A stretch of DNA of 64,000 bases from Steroidobacteraceae bacterium (GCA_036493935.1 DASXOY010000001.1:64702-128701), one strand, 5' to 3'. Counted from the first letter of the stretch, positions 1 to 10,255 are shown. The notes: generated by a model not told the origin, from the sequence alone. Numbers and translations are program-made.

Positions 1-419
1 TACAGCACATAGCCCGGCCCCAGGCGCAGCAGCTGCGGTTCCCGCTCGCAGCGGACGCGTACTTCGCCGAAACCCTTTTGTGCCCGGGTGCGCACCGACA
101 CTACATAATGAGGCCCCGCGAACACCGCAAGCTCACCGACGTTGTACTCGCTGCCGGACGGCTCGATCAGATGCAAAACCGCAAACAGAGAGTCGCCGTA
201 TTCCTCGATTTTGGGGCGTTGATGACCGAGCAGTGCATCTTCCACGGCCAAGGGATGCAACTCGAACGCCTGTTGCAGCTCGGCAAGCTCGGCTGAGGAT
301 GGATCGTTCAAAGCCACCCAAACAAAGCAGTTCGGGCGATGCAAATAGTCCTGGATCTGCCCGACCGGAATTTCGCCGAGTTTTTTACCGTCTTGATAAG
401 CAGCGCAGCCGATGAGCAT
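1..419 (-). CDS. corA: Magnesium/cobalt transporter CorA, N-terminal part (3' end lies beyond the window start)
   Basis: Absent from the ORF track because it is open at the window edge. My minus-strand translation from the ATG at 419-417 gives MLIGCAAYQDGKKLGEIPVGQIQDYLHRPNCFVWVALNDPSSAELAELQQAFELHPLAVEDALLGHQRPKIEEYGDSLFAVLH..., which looks like a typical CorA cytoplasmic N-domain. It starts 24 nt after the kinase stop. Confidence 0.75.
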   Translation of the reverse strand, partial: MLIGCAAYQDGKKLGEIPVGQIQDYLHRPNCFVWVALNDPSSAELAELQQAFELHPLAVEDALLGHQRPKIEEYGDSLFAVLHLIEPSGSEYNVGELAVFAGPHYVVSVRTRAQKGFGEVRVRCEREPQLLRLGPGYVL

Positions 420-443
420 GCGCACGAGTTTACGGCAAAGCGG

Positions 444-1898
444 CTAGGGTCTGTCTACGGCAATGAGGCGGGTGTCGGCCGCCGCAACGGGCTCGGCGGC
501 CGGTTCAGCCGCGGCGGCCTCGCGTAGCGCGGGGACCGAAACATCGATCGGCAAAGTCATGACGACTTTGAGGCCCGGCACATTATCGCGCAGCTCGAGC
601 GGGCTGCCATGCAGCTTTGCGACCGCCTGCACCAAGCTTAGCCCCAAACCAACGCCGGGGGTGCCGCGGCTGGCATCGCCGCGATAAAAACGCTGCATCA
701 CCTTGGCTTTTTCCGCATCGTCGATTCCCGGACCATTATCCATCACCGAGATCTCGGCGCGTTGATCGCCGCGTTTTTCAACGGCAACCTCGACGGAACC
801 GCCCTCGGGTGCGTACTTGAGCGCGTTGTCGATGAGATTGCTCAACGCCTGCGCGAGCAGCACCGGATCTCCGGACACGGGCAGCGGACCATTGGATCGA
901 ACCTTCAATTCGATGTGTTTAAGCTCGGCCGCCGGCTCGTAGAACTCGACCGCGTTGGCGGCGAGATCCGCGACGTCGAGCGGCACAAAGCCCGATCGGC
1001 GCATGCCGGCGTCGATCTCCGCCAATCTTAAGAGTGCGTCGAAGATGCGAATGACGCGGTCCACGTCGGCCACCGCGCCGTCGATCTCCGCGTAGGCCTC
1101 CTCGGTGGAAGGGCGGATGAGCGACAATTCTTCGAGCCGAGATCGCAGCTCCGCCAGCGGCGTGCGCAGGTCATGCGCGATGGAATTCGAAACATTGCGC
1201 ACGCCGTGCACCAGCAATTCGATTTGATCGAGCATGCCATTGATCGTTCGCGACAGCGTATTGAGCTCATCATCGCTCAAGTGCGTAGGCAGCCGGTGCT
1301 TCAAGTCGCCGTGGATGATCGCGGACACGGTTTGCCGGATACTATGAACGCGCGACATCAAGGCGCGGCGGGTGATGATGCCGACCAGCAAACCGGCAAT
1401 GCACAGCACGGCCACCGCGGCGGTCAGTCCGTACCAAAACCGGGTTTGCAGCGGCTTGAACAAAGCGTTGTCTCTGCCGACCAGCAGCTTGTAATTGCCG
1501 AGGATGCTCACGTGCACCAGCGCTTCCTGGTTGGCGTGCTTGCCGGTGTCGAACCGGATCGTATAGTTTCCAGGACTCGGCGGAACAGTGTCCGGCCACG
1601 CCGGCAGATTACCGGAGACCGGATGCATCGCCGCGTCAGTGAGCAATAGGATTCTCTCGCCGGCGATTTGCATGCCGACGCGCGTATCGATGTAGCTCTT
1701 CAAGGCCTCGCCGCCGTCGCGGCGATAGATATCGGTGAGGCGCTGTGCATCGGCCTGAAGAATCTCCGCGCGGCCATCTTGGATCGTGACCTGCCAGGCG
1801 TACCAAAGCGGCGCCGCGAACAGCACCAGTGCGGTCAAGCCTAACGCCACATAGCCCAAGGCCAGCGACAGCGCGGATGAACGCATCATGCTAGTCAT
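444..1898 (-). CDS. Two-component sensor histidine kinase (two TM segments, HAMP, HisKA, HATPase)
   Basis: H-box SIAHDLRTPLAEL; N-box LIDNALKYAP; G-boxes DNGPGI and GVGLGLSLV. ATG at 1898. Overlaps the regulator stop by 8 nt. Confidence 0.9.
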   Translation of the reverse strand: MTSMMRSSALSLALGYVALGLTALVLFAAPLWYAWQVTIQDGRAEILQADAQRLTDIYRRDGGEALKSYIDTRVGMQIAGERILLLTDAAMHPVSGNLPAWPDTVPPSPGNYTIRFDTGKHANQEALVHVSILGNYKLLVGRDNALFKPLQTRFWYGLTAAVAVLCIAGLLVGIITRRALMSRVHSIRQTVSAIIHGDLKHRLPTHLSDDELNTLSRTINGMLDQIELLVHGVRNVSNSIAHDLRTPLAELRSRLEELSLIRPSTEEAYAEIDGAVADVDRVIRIFDALLRLAEIDAGMRRSGFVPLDVADLAANAVEFYEPAAELKHIELKVRSNGPLPVSGDPVLLAQALSNLIDNALKYAPEGGSVEVAVEKRGDQRAEISVMDNGPGIDDAEKAKVMQRFYRGDASRGTPGVGLGLSLVQAVAKLHGSPLELRDNVPGLKVVMTLPIDVSVPALREAAAAEPAAEPVAAADTRLIAVDRP

Positions 1899-2571
1899 CG
1901 GCGGTCACCGTGTAGCCGGCATTGCGCACCGTGCGCAGCAGCGGGCGCTCGAACTCGGCGTCGATTTTCTGGCGCAGCTTGCTGATGTGCACGTCCACCA
2001 CGTTGGTTTGCGGATCGAAGTGATAGTCCCAGACGTTTTCCAACAGCATGGTGCGTGTCACCACCTGGCCGGCGTGCCGCATGAGGTACTCGAGCAGCTT
2101 GAACTCGCGCGGTTGAAGCGCAATAGGCCGGTCGCCGCGGGTTACTTTGCGCGTAAGCGGATCCATGTGCAAATCGCCTACCACCAGCGGAATCTCATGA
2201 TCGACACCCTGCGCCCTGCGATGCAGGGCGTCAATGCGCGCGAGCAGTTCGCCGAAGGCAAAGGGTTTGGTGAGGTAGTCATCGCCGCCGCTGCGCAGTC
2301 CCCGGATCCGGTCATCTACTTCGGACAATGCGCTCAAAATCAGGATGGGCGTACGCTTGCCGGCCTTGCGAAGTACCTCGATGATCGCCAACCCGTCGAT
2401 CTCACCGGGCAGCATGCGATCCATGATGATCACATCGTAGGGCTCGCTGGCCGCGAGAAACATCCCGTCGCGTCCGTTGGCTGCGTGATCGGTCGTGTGC
2501 CCAGCCTCTTGCAGGCCTTTGGTGACGAACTGGGAAACCCGCTCGTTATCTTCGACCAGCAGAATTTTCAC
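1891..2571 (-). CDS. OmpR-family response regulator (receiver plus winged-helix domain)
   Basis: MKILLVEDN...DVIIMDRMLPG...LTKPF receiver motifs. C-terminal LTRKVTRGDRPIALQPREFKLLEYLM...VDVHISKLRQKI winged helix. 4-nt overlap with the RND gene. Confidence 0.9.
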   Translation of the reverse strand: MKILLVEDNERVSQFVTKGLQEAGHTTDHAANGRDGMFLAASEPYDVIIMDRMLPGEIDGLAIIEVLRKAGKRTPILILSALSEVDDRIRGLRSGGDDYLTKPFAFGELLARIDALHRRAQGVDHEIPLVVGDLHMDPLTRKVTRGDRPIALQPREFKLLEYLMRHAGQVVTRTMLLENVWDYHFDPQTNVVDVHISKLRQKIDAEFERPLLRTVRNAGYTVTADD

Positions 2572-5500
2572 GTCTGGTCTCCGAGCGGCGCTGGCGGTTC
2601 CTTGGAAGAGGCCGCCAGTTCGGCCTCGGCGTGTTTCTTCCTTCGGCGGCCTCTCATCCGCATGCTGAATTCATCCAAGTACAGGTATATGACAGGAGTC
2701 GTGAACAGGGTTAGCGCCTGACTCAAAATGAGGCCGCCAACCATCGTAAATCCCAACGGCTGCCGCAGCTCGGACCCTGTACCGTGCCCCAACGCGAGAG
2801 GCACGGCGCCGAGCAGCGCGGCCATGGTGGTCATCATGATCGGCCTGAATCGCAGCAGGCAGGCTTGGCGGATCGAGTCGTGCGGCGACAGATGCAGCTC
2901 GCGCTCAGCCTGCAGCGCAAAATCCACCATCATGATGCCGTTCTTTTTGACCAGGCCAATCAGCAGGATGATGCCGACGAGTGCGATGACCGACAGATCG
3001 ATGTGGAATATAAGCAATACGAGCAGCGCACCCACGCCCGCGGACGGCAGCGTCGACAGGATGGTCAGCGGATGAATGTAGCTCTCGTAGAGCATACCGA
3101 GAATGATGTACACCGCCACCAAGGCCGCCAAGATCAGGTACGGCTGGCTTTTCAGCGAGCTTTGAAATGCTTGCGCGGTGCCTTGGAAGTTGCCGGTGAT
3201 GGTGGCAGGCAGGTGCATTTGCACCGAAGCACGCGTGATGGCATTGACGGCATCGCCCAGCGCCGCGCCGGCTGCCAGATTGAACGACAGTGTCACCGCG
3301 GGAAATTGACCCTGATGCTGGATCGACAATGAGGTCACGTGCTCGGTGTCGAACTTGGTCATGGCCGACAGCGGCACCATCTCGCCGGTCAGGGGAGATT
3401 TCAGATACAGTTTCTTGAGCGAGTCGGGATCGCTCTGCAGCGAGGGCGTGATCTCCAGCACTACATGGTAGCTGTTGGCCTGCGTGAAGAACTGGGCGGC
3501 CTGGCGCTGGCCGAAGGCGTCGTACAGTGTTTGATCGATCGCCGCCGGTTGAATGCCGAAGCGCGCCGCTTGATCGCGGTCGATGGTCAAGGACAGCATG
3601 CCGCTGGCCGTTTGCTGATCGGACGCGACGTCGCGCAGCATGGGCAATTTCTGCAGAGCGGCCAAAAGCTTCGGTGCCCATTCATTCAGCTCGTTAATAT
3701 CCGAGTCTTGCACCGTGTACTGATATTGCGTGCGCGAAGTGCGGCCGCCCACATTGAGATCCTGCGATGCCTGCATGAATAGAGTGATGCCCGGCACCTT
3801 CGCCAGCTGCGGCCGCAATCGGCTGATGATCTGGTCCGCCGTCACGCTGCGTTCACTGCGCGGCTTCAAGCCCAAAATGACGAATCCGGTGTTGATGGGG
3901 CGGCTGCCGCCGATTCCGGTCCCGAAGCTGGCGACGTCGGGATCCTTGGCTACCACGTCCGTGATGAGATGCTGACGGCGCACCATCTCGTCGAAGGAGA
4001 TGTCCTGAGGCGCATCGGTCAACCCCGAAATGATGCCGGTGTCCTGCTGGGGAAAGAAGCCCTTCGGAATATAGATGTACAGCAAAACGGTTGCGGCGAG
4101 AGTGATCAGAAAGGTGATGAGGGTTGCGCGCTTGTGATCCAGCACGAAATCGAGGCCGCGCGTGTAGCCGGCAAGGACCTTGTCGAAACCGCGCTCGACG
4201 AACATATACGCCTTGCCGTGCTTGGCGTGCTTCTCGTCGCGCAAGAACAAAGCGCACATCGTCGGCGAGAGGGTCAGTGCCACGAACGCAGATACCGCAA
4301 TGGTCATGGTCATCGTGAGCGCAAACTCGCGAAACAACCGGCCGATGATGCCGCCCATGAGCAGCAGAGGAATGAACACAGCGACCAGGGAAATGCTCAT
4401 GGACATGATGGTGAAGCCGATTTCGCTGGCGCCTTTGAGCGTCGCCTGCATCGGCGACAGCCCTGCTTCAATGTGCCGGTAGACGTTTTCCAGCATGACG
4501 ATGGCATCATCGACGACGAAACCGACGGCGACGGTCAACGCCATCAAGGATAAATTATCCAGGCTGAACCCGAGCACGAACATCATGGCGATGGTGCCGA
4601 ACAAGGCGAGCGGCACGGTCACGCCGGGGATGATGGTCGCCCAGGCATTGCGCAAGAACAAAAATATCACCATGACCACCAGCACGATGGTGATGCTCAG
4701 CGTGATCTCCACATCCTCAACGGAAGCTCGGATGGTGGTTGTGCGATTGGCAACGGTGTCGACCTTGATCGAAGGGGGCACGGAGGCAAGCGCATGCGGC
4801 AGCAGTTTCTCGACCCGCTCGACCGAGTCGATGACGTTGGCCCCCGGCTGCTTGTAAATCAGCAGCAAGATGCCGTTGCGGCCGTTCTGCCAGGCGGTCA
4901 AATATCGATTCTCCGGGCCGTCGACCGCCACGCCGATGTCGCGAATGCGTACGGCGGCACCATTCTTGTAGGCCACCACCACGTCGTTCCAAGGCGCGGC
5001 CTTCAGCAGCTGATCGTTATCGTAGATGGTCATGCTGCGGGTCGGTCCGTTGATCGACCCCTTGGGCGCATCCACCGTGGCCGTCGAAATGACGCCCGCA
5101 ACGTCTTCAAGCTGCAAACCGAGCGCCGCCAGCTTGATCGGATCGACCTGCACGCGCACCGCTGGCTTCTGTTGGCCGCCGATGTTGACTTGAGCAATGC
5201 CGGGGATCTGCGAGATCTGCTGGGCGAGAATATTTTCGGCGTAGTCATCGACCGTGACGACGGGCAGGACGTCCGAGTACACGGAAAGAATGAGGACGGC
5301 CGAATCCGCCGGGTTCACCTTTCTATAGTTGGGCGGAGACGGCAGGTTTTTCGGCAATTGTCCGCCGGCGGCATCGATGCCGGTCTGGACATCTTGTGCC
5401 GCCGCATCGATGTTCCGGTTCAGGTCGAACTGCAGCGTGATGTTGGTCGTGCCGAGCGCGTTGGTCGAGGTCATCTGCGAGAGGCCGGAGATTTGCGCGA

Positions 5501-5711
5501 ACTGCGTCTCGAGCGGCGTCGCCACCGAGGAAGCCATGGTCTCCGGGCTGGCGCCGGGCAAATTGGCGTAGACGGAGATGGTCGGGAAGTCCACCTGCGG
5601 CAGCGGAGCGACCGGCAACAATGGAAACACCACCAGGCCCACCAAAAATATGCCGCCCATGAGCAGCGAGGTGGCAATCGGTCTGCGGACGAATGGCTCG
5701 GAAATACTCAT
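2568..5711 (-). CDS. RND multidrug efflux permease (AcrB/MdtB/MdtC family)
   Basis: 1047 aa with 12-TM RND architecture. N-terminus MSISEPFVRRPIATSLLM. Motifs ALTVAVGFVVDDAIVMLENV and GLVKKNGIMMVDFA. Confidence 0.95.
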   Translation of the reverse strand: MSISEPFVRRPIATSLLMGGIFLVGLVVFPLLPVAPLPQVDFPTISVYANLPGASPETMASSVATPLETQFAQISGLSQMTSTNALGTTNITLQFDLNRNIDAAAQDVQTGIDAAGGQLPKNLPSPPNYRKVNPADSAVLILSVYSDVLPVVTVDDYAENILAQQISQIPGIAQVNIGGQQKPAVRVQVDPIKLAALGLQLEDVAGVISTATVDAPKGSINGPTRSMTIYDNDQLLKAAPWNDVVVAYKNGAAVRIRDIGVAVDGPENRYLTAWQNGRNGILLLIYKQPGANVIDSVERVEKLLPHALASVPPSIKVDTVANRTTTIRASVEDVEITLSITIVLVVMVIFLFLRNAWATIIPGVTVPLALFGTIAMMFVLGFSLDNLSLMALTVAVGFVVDDAIVMLENVYRHIEAGLSPMQATLKGASEIGFTIMSMSISLVAVFIPLLLMGGIIGRLFREFALTMTMTIAVSAFVALTLSPTMCALFLRDEKHAKHGKAYMFVERGFDKVLAGYTRGLDFVLDHKRATLITFLITLAATVLLYIYIPKGFFPQQDTGIISGLTDAPQDISFDEMVRRQHLITDVVAKDPDVASFGTGIGGSRPINTGFVILGLKPRSERSVTADQIISRLRPQLAKVPGITLFMQASQDLNVGGRTSRTQYQYTVQDSDINELNEWAPKLLAALQKLPMLRDVASDQQTASGMLSLTIDRDQAARFGIQPAAIDQTLYDAFGQRQAAQFFTQANSYHVVLEITPSLQSDPDSLKKLYLKSPLTGEMVPLSAMTKFDTEHVTSLSIQHQGQFPAVTLSFNLAAGAALGDAVNAITRASVQMHLPATITGNFQGTAQAFQSSLKSQPYLILAALVAVYIILGMLYESYIHPLTILSTLPSAGVGALLVLLIFHIDLSVIALVGIILLIGLVKKNGIMMVDFALQAERELHLSPHDSIRQACLLRFRPIMMTTMAALLGAVPLALGHGTGSELRQPLGFTMVGGLILSQALTLFTTPVIYLYLDEFSMRMRGRRRKKHAEAELAASSKEPPAPLGDQT

Positions 5712-6853
5712 GAGGCTTTTGGCGGTGCCGCGTTATCGCGCACATGGACACCATCCTGCAGCCGATATTGGTTGCTGGTCACCACGCGTTCGTTCAGGGC
5801 GATGCCCTTCTTGATGACCGTCAAGCCGCCGCTGGCCTCGCCCAGCTCGATCGGCCGCACTTCCACGGTTGAGTCGCTCTTGACGACGTATGTGAAGGGT
5901 CCCTTGGGTCCGAGCTGCACGGCGGGCGTAGGCACCGTCAGCGCATCGTGATCCGTGCGCAGCAACACCCGCGCATTCACGTACTGGCCCGGCCACAACG
6001 TGTTGTGTGCATTGCCGAAGGTCGCTTTGAGCTTTGCCGTGCCGGTGGCCTGATCGATTTGATTGTCGATGAGCGTCAACGTGCCCTCGTCAAGAACCGT
6101 GCTGCCGTCGCGCGACAGCGTGGTGACCTGAACGGACCCCTGGGCGAGGGCGGCGCCGACTGCGCTCAAGTTTTCTTCGGGCAGCGTGAAAATCACCGAG
6201 ATGGGCTGTACCTGCGTAACCACCACGATGCCGGTGGTGGCTGCGGCGTGCACGATATTGCCTGGATCGATGAGCCGGATTCCCGTGCGTCCGTTGATCG
6301 GCGAAGTGATGCGGGTGTAGTCGAGCTGGGTGCGTGCATTGTCGATTGCCGCTTGATCGACGTTCAATTGCGCCGTCAGCTGATCGACGTTGGCTCGTGC
6401 GGTGTCGACCGTCTGCTTGCTGGCCAGGTCCTGCGGCTGCAGCAGCGTGTAGCGCTCCAAATCGCGCTTGGCGTTCTCCAGCATCGCGGCGTCTTTTGCC
6501 TTGGTGGCGACTGCCTGCTCGTAGGCTGCTTGATTCGGGCGCGGGTCGATCTGCGCCAGCAAGTCGCCTTTGCGCACCATTTGGCCTTCGGAGAAATCTA
6601 TTTTCTGCAGCTCGCCATCGACACGCGCGGTTACGGTCACCGTATAGAAGGCCTGCACGGTGCCCAAGCCTTCGAGATAAATTGGCACATCCGAATGAGC
6701 GACGGCGGCCGTGTCGACCGCGATGGCGGGCGGGGGGTTGCGCGCGGCGGCATCGGCCGGCTTGTAAAGAACGCGCCACGCAACGAGCGCGATCGCCGCC
6801 AAAGCAAGACCGCCCACCAAAACCCGTTTTTGCGTCGTCGAAAATTGCCTCAT
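5708..6853 (-). CDS. RND efflux periplasmic adaptor (membrane fusion protein, MdtA/AcrA family)
   Basis: Signal anchor followed by the lipoyl/hairpin pattern VTARVDGELQKIDFSEGQMVRKGDLLAQIDPRP...ARTQLDYTRITSPINGRTG. 4-nt overlap with the RND gene. Confidence 0.9.
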   Translation of the reverse strand: MRQFSTTQKRVLVGGLALAAIALVAWRVLYKPADAAARNPPPAIAVDTAAVAHSDVPIYLEGLGTVQAFYTVTVTARVDGELQKIDFSEGQMVRKGDLLAQIDPRPNQAAYEQAVATKAKDAAMLENAKRDLERYTLLQPQDLASKQTVDTARANVDQLTAQLNVDQAAIDNARTQLDYTRITSPINGRTGIRLIDPGNIVHAAATTGIVVVTQVQPISVIFTLPEENLSAVGAALAQGSVQVTTLSRDGSTVLDEGTLTLIDNQIDQATGTAKLKATFGNAHNTLWPGQYVNARVLLRTDHDALTVPTPAVQLGPKGPFTYVVKSDSTVEVRPIELGEASGGLTVIKKGIALNERVVTSNQYRLQDGVHVRDNAAPPKAS

Positions 6854-6858
6854 CTATC

Positions 6859-8268
6859 TCACCCTTGTTGCCATCCGCCGCCGAGGGCGGTGTATAAATC
6901 CACCATCGACTGCAAATGTAAGTACTGAACCTGGACCAATTCATCCTGCGCGCTGAACAAAGCGTTCTCGGTGTTGAGCACCGTTAAAATATTGACGGTG
7001 CCGGCCGACATCTGGGTCTGTGCGAACTGATAGGCGCGCCGCGCGCGGTTCACCGCCTCCTGCTGGCGCGTCTGTTGTTCCTTGGTCTGCTGCGCGGCGA
7101 CCAAGGCGTCTTCGACATTGCTGAAGGCGGAAACGACGGTTTTGTGATAGGCGCTGAGCAGCTCTCGATACCGGGCATTGCTGAATACGACTTGGCCGCG
7201 CAGCGCGCCGCCGTGAAATATCGGTTGCGTCAGACCGGCCGAGATCGACCAGATGCGGTTCGCAGGGCTGATGAGCGACGTCAAAGCCGAGCTTTCGTAA
7301 CCGCCGCCCGCGGTCAGTTGGATGCTGGGAAACAACGCAGCCCGGGCCACGGTGATATTGGCATTCGCTGAGATGAGTTGCTGTTCCGATTCGGCGACAT
7401 CGGGACGGCGGGCGAGCAGTTGCGAGGATAGGCCTTCGGCCACCGGCGGACTGGTCAAGCCGGCGAGGCTGCCCGTGTCCACGTCGATAGATTCCGGCGT
7501 CTTGCCGATCAGCACCGCAAGAGCGTGCACCGATTGGCGAAACTGCTGCTGCAGCGGAGGTATCGCCGCGCTCAACAGCGCGACCGCAGTTTCTTGCTGG
7601 GCCACATCGAGTCCGGTTGCGATGCCTGCGCTCTTCTGCAGCTGCAGGCCGTTCAGGATCTTCTGGCCGTTGGTGAGATTCTCTCGCGCAACCTGGAGCC
7701 GATCACGAAACTGGAGTGCCTGGAAATAAGTGGTGGCGACGCTGCTGATGACCGTGAGCGCAACCGTTTCCTTATCGTAGCGGCTGGCAATGGCGGTGGC
7801 GCGCGCCGCGGCCCGAACTGCACGATTCTTGCCCCAGAAGTCCAGTTCGTAGCTCGCGCTCAACACCGGACTGAATGAGTTGAAAGTCGCGGGACCCACC
7901 CCGGCGACTTGAGCGTGCTGGCGCGACGCGTCTGCATTCAAGTCGAGCGCCGGCAGCAGCGGTGCCCCCGCGATGCGCGCCTGGGCGTCCGCCTCTTGTA
8001 CGCGCGCGATCGCCACTGCTAAATCGTCGTTATTGCGTTGAGCTTCCGCTATCAGTTCATTCAGTTTCTCTGAGCCGAATCCCTGCCACCAATCGGAATT
8101 GGGCCAGACTCCGCTCGCGTCGCCGTCTTTGGACGGCGCTTCGCTCCAGGCGGCAGGCAACGGGATGTCGGGCCGCTTATAGGCGGGTCCGACGCTGCAA
8201 GCGGCGAGCGCGGTAAGCGCCGCAAGCGCGCAGGCACAAAGCACCCTTGCGGATAGGGGACTATTCAT
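6859..8268 (-). CDS. Efflux outer-membrane factor lipoprotein (NodT/OprM family)
   Basis: Lipobox LTALAAC|S and paired TolC-like repeats. I prefer the ATG at 8268 (MNSPLS...) to the GTG at 8277 used by the track. Confidence 0.9.
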   Translation of the reverse strand: MNSPLSARVLCACALAALTALAACSVGPAYKRPDIPLPAAWSEAPSKDGDASGVWPNSDWWQGFGSEKLNELIAEAQRNNDDLAVAIARVQEADAQARIAGAPLLPALDLNADASRQHAQVAGVGPATFNSFSPVLSASYELDFWGKNRAVRAAARATAIASRYDKETVALTVISSVATTYFQALQFRDRLQVARENLTNGQKILNGLQLQKSAGIATGLDVAQQETAVALLSAAIPPLQQQFRQSVHALAVLIGKTPESIDVDTGSLAGLTSPPVAEGLSSQLLARRPDVAESEQQLISANANITVARAALFPSIQLTAGGGYESSALTSLISPANRIWSISAGLTQPIFHGGALRGQVVFSNARYRELLSAYHKTVVSAFSNVEDALVAAQQTKEQQTRQQEAVNRARRAYQFAQTQMSAGTVNILTVLNTENALFSAQDELVQVQYLHLQSMVDLYTALGGGWQQG

Positions 8269-8329
8269 GACCGCCACGCTGGATGAAATGCGGTTAAACG
8301 CGAATGGTTGGATTGTTAAGATCAGTTAA

Positions 8330-8341
8330 TAACCTAGGTTA
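8330..8341. promoter_or_regulatory. Perfect 12-bp palindrome TAACCTAGGTTA in the divergent efflux-operon / M28-peptidase intergenic region
   Basis: Read directly from the sequence. It is the only extended dyad in the 83-bp AT-richer spacer between the start codons at 8268 (-) and 8352 (+). Confidence 0.35.
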
Positions 8342-8351
8342 CACTGCGCAC

Positions 8352-9806
8352 ATGCAGAAAATGAATATTGCCCTTCAAGCAGCGCTCATCGGCGCACTGA
8401 TCATGACCACTGCAGCAGCGGCCGATGATCCCGTGCCCAATGTTGCCTTGTCCGATGCCTTGGCCCGGATTCGCGATGCCGGCATGAGCGATGACTGGAG
8501 CTATCGGCGGCTTGCCGACCTGTGCGACAAGATTGGTCCGCGAATGAGCGGTTCGCATCAAGCCGACGCGGCGGTCGAGCAGATAGCAGCGGCACTGCGG
8601 GGCAGCGGCCTCAACGTCACCCTGCAGCCGGTGAAGGTACCTCACTGGGTGCGGGGCGAGGAGCAGGCTGAGATTACGGAGTATCCCGGACGGCCCTCAG
8701 GCGTGACGCAGCAGCTGCACCTGACAACGCTCGGCGGTTCCGTGGCCACCCCCGCGCAAGGCATCTCGGGGCAGGTTCTCGTCGTGCATGGCTTCGAGGA
8801 ACTGAGTGCTCGCGCGGCTGAGGCGCGTGGCAAGATCGTCGTCTTCGACGTGCCGTACAACGAGACCTTGGCCGTCAACGGCCGGTCGGGCACGGCCTAC
8901 GGGCAAGGCGTCATCTATCGCGTCGGGGGCGCGAGTGCCGCCGCCCGTGCGGGCGCGACGGCCGCTTTGGTGCGCACCGTCGGCGGCGCCGATTACCGGC
9001 TGCCGCATACCGGCGTCATGGCCTACGATCCCAAGCTGCCCAAAATTCCGACAGCGGCCTTGAGCGCCGAAGATTCCATGTGGTTGTCGCGCCTGGCCGC
9101 CGAGGGCGCGGTCACCTTGCACCTCAAGTTGTCGCCGCAAACGCTGCCCGACGCCGACAGCCACAACGTGATCGCAGATTGGCCCGGGCGCGTGAGCCCC
9201 GAGGAATTCGTGATCGTGTCGGGCCATCTGGATTCCTGGGACTTGGCGCAAGGCGCCATTGACGACGGAGCGGGCGTGGCCTCCGCCATGGGAGCGGTGC
9301 ACCTGCTGCAGTCGCTCGGGTTGCACGCGCGGCGCACCATTCGATTTGTCGGCTGGATGAGCGAAGAAAACGGCAGCGCAGGAGGACAGACCTACTTCAA
9401 CCTGAACAGCGGCGCCCTCGGGCGGCAGACCGCTGCCATTGAAAGCGACAACGGCGCGGGACGTCCGCTCGGCGTCTCGGCACATGTGCCTGCCGAGGTC
9501 TTGCCGCAGTTCAAGCCGCTCATGACGGCGCTTGGGCCCCTGGGCGCCACCATCTTGGACCGCCGCGAGGAAGCCGGCGGCTCCGATGTGGAATTTCTGG
9601 ACGCGGGCGGCGTGCCGACTTTGGCGCCCATCGTCGACACCAGAACGTATTTCGATTATCACCACAGCGCCGCTGACACGCTGGACAAGGTCGACCCGGA
9701 CAATATTCGCCGTCAGGCCGTAGTCTTGGCGATGATGGCGTACTTCGTGGCGGAGATGCCTAATGCCTTGCCCAGGTTGCCGCGGTCGCAGCCGCGCAAG
9801 CTCTAG
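8352..9806 (+). CDS. Secreted M28-family aminopeptidase with PA domain
   Basis: Signal peptide MQKMNIALQAALIGALIMTTAAAADD. Zn-ligand block SGHLDSWDLAQGAIDDGAGVASAMG; also WMSEENGSAGG and DYHHSAADTLD. Start moved to the ATG at 8352. Confidence 0.8.
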   Translation: MQKMNIALQAALIGALIMTTAAAADDPVPNVALSDALARIRDAGMSDDWSYRRLADLCDKIGPRMSGSHQADAAVEQIAAALRGSGLNVTLQPVKVPHWVRGEEQAEITEYPGRPSGVTQQLHLTTLGGSVATPAQGISGQVLVVHGFEELSARAAEARGKIVVFDVPYNETLAVNGRSGTAYGQGVIYRVGGASAAARAGATAALVRTVGGADYRLPHTGVMAYDPKLPKIPTAALSAEDSMWLSRLAAEGAVTLHLKLSPQTLPDADSHNVIADWPGRVSPEEFVIVSGHLDSWDLAQGAIDDGAGVASAMGAVHLLQSLGLHARRTIRFVGWMSEENGSAGGQTYFNLNSGALGRQTAAIESDNGAGRPLGVSAHVPAEVLPQFKPLMTALGPLGATILDRREEAGGSDVEFLDAGGVPTLAPIVDTRTYFDYHHSAADTLDKVDPDNIRRQAVVLAMMAYFVAEMPNALPRLPRSQPRKL

Positions 9807-9824
9807 CGCAGTTTCCGGCAGTTT

Positions 9825-10226
9825 CTACCGCAGCGCTTTGAGCACGTCACGCCAGCTGAGAATGCCGACCGGGGTGCGTGCGGCATCGATGACCGGGATG
9901 CAGGAAATACGATGCTCAAGAAACAGCTGAACGGCATCCGCCACGGCGGCCCGCGGCTGCAGAGTAATGAGCTCTCGGCTCATGATCTGGTGGACTCGCT
10001 TGTTGAGCGTGGCGACGTCGCGCGCGTTTTCCGTGGCGCTGCCGACGTACGGGCTCAAGGCTTTGAGCAAATCGCGATCCGATACGACACCTTTGAGCTT
10101 TCTGTGATCGTCGACGACGAGCAAGTGATGGAATTTAAGGGTGTCGAAAATTTTCTTGACGACATCGAGCCGATCATCCATCTCGACCGTGACAACTCTT
10201 GTCGTCATGATGTTGCCTACATCCAT
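9825..10226 (-). CDS. CBS-pair domain protein
   Basis: Two CBS repeats: IMTTRVVTVEMDD...HHLLVVDD and IMSRELITLQP...ISCIPVIDAARTPVGILSWRDVLKAL. The start (10226 or 10208) is uncertain. Confidence 0.75.
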   Translation of the reverse strand: MDVGNIMTTRVVTVEMDDRLDVVKKIFDTLKFHHLLVVDDHRKLKGVVSDRDLLKALSPYVGSATENARDVATLNKRVHQIMSRELITLQPRAAVADAVQLFLEHRISCIPVIDAARTPVGILSWRDVLKALR

Positions 10227-10255
10227 GACGCAATCTATCACTGCGCCGCGGCGAA

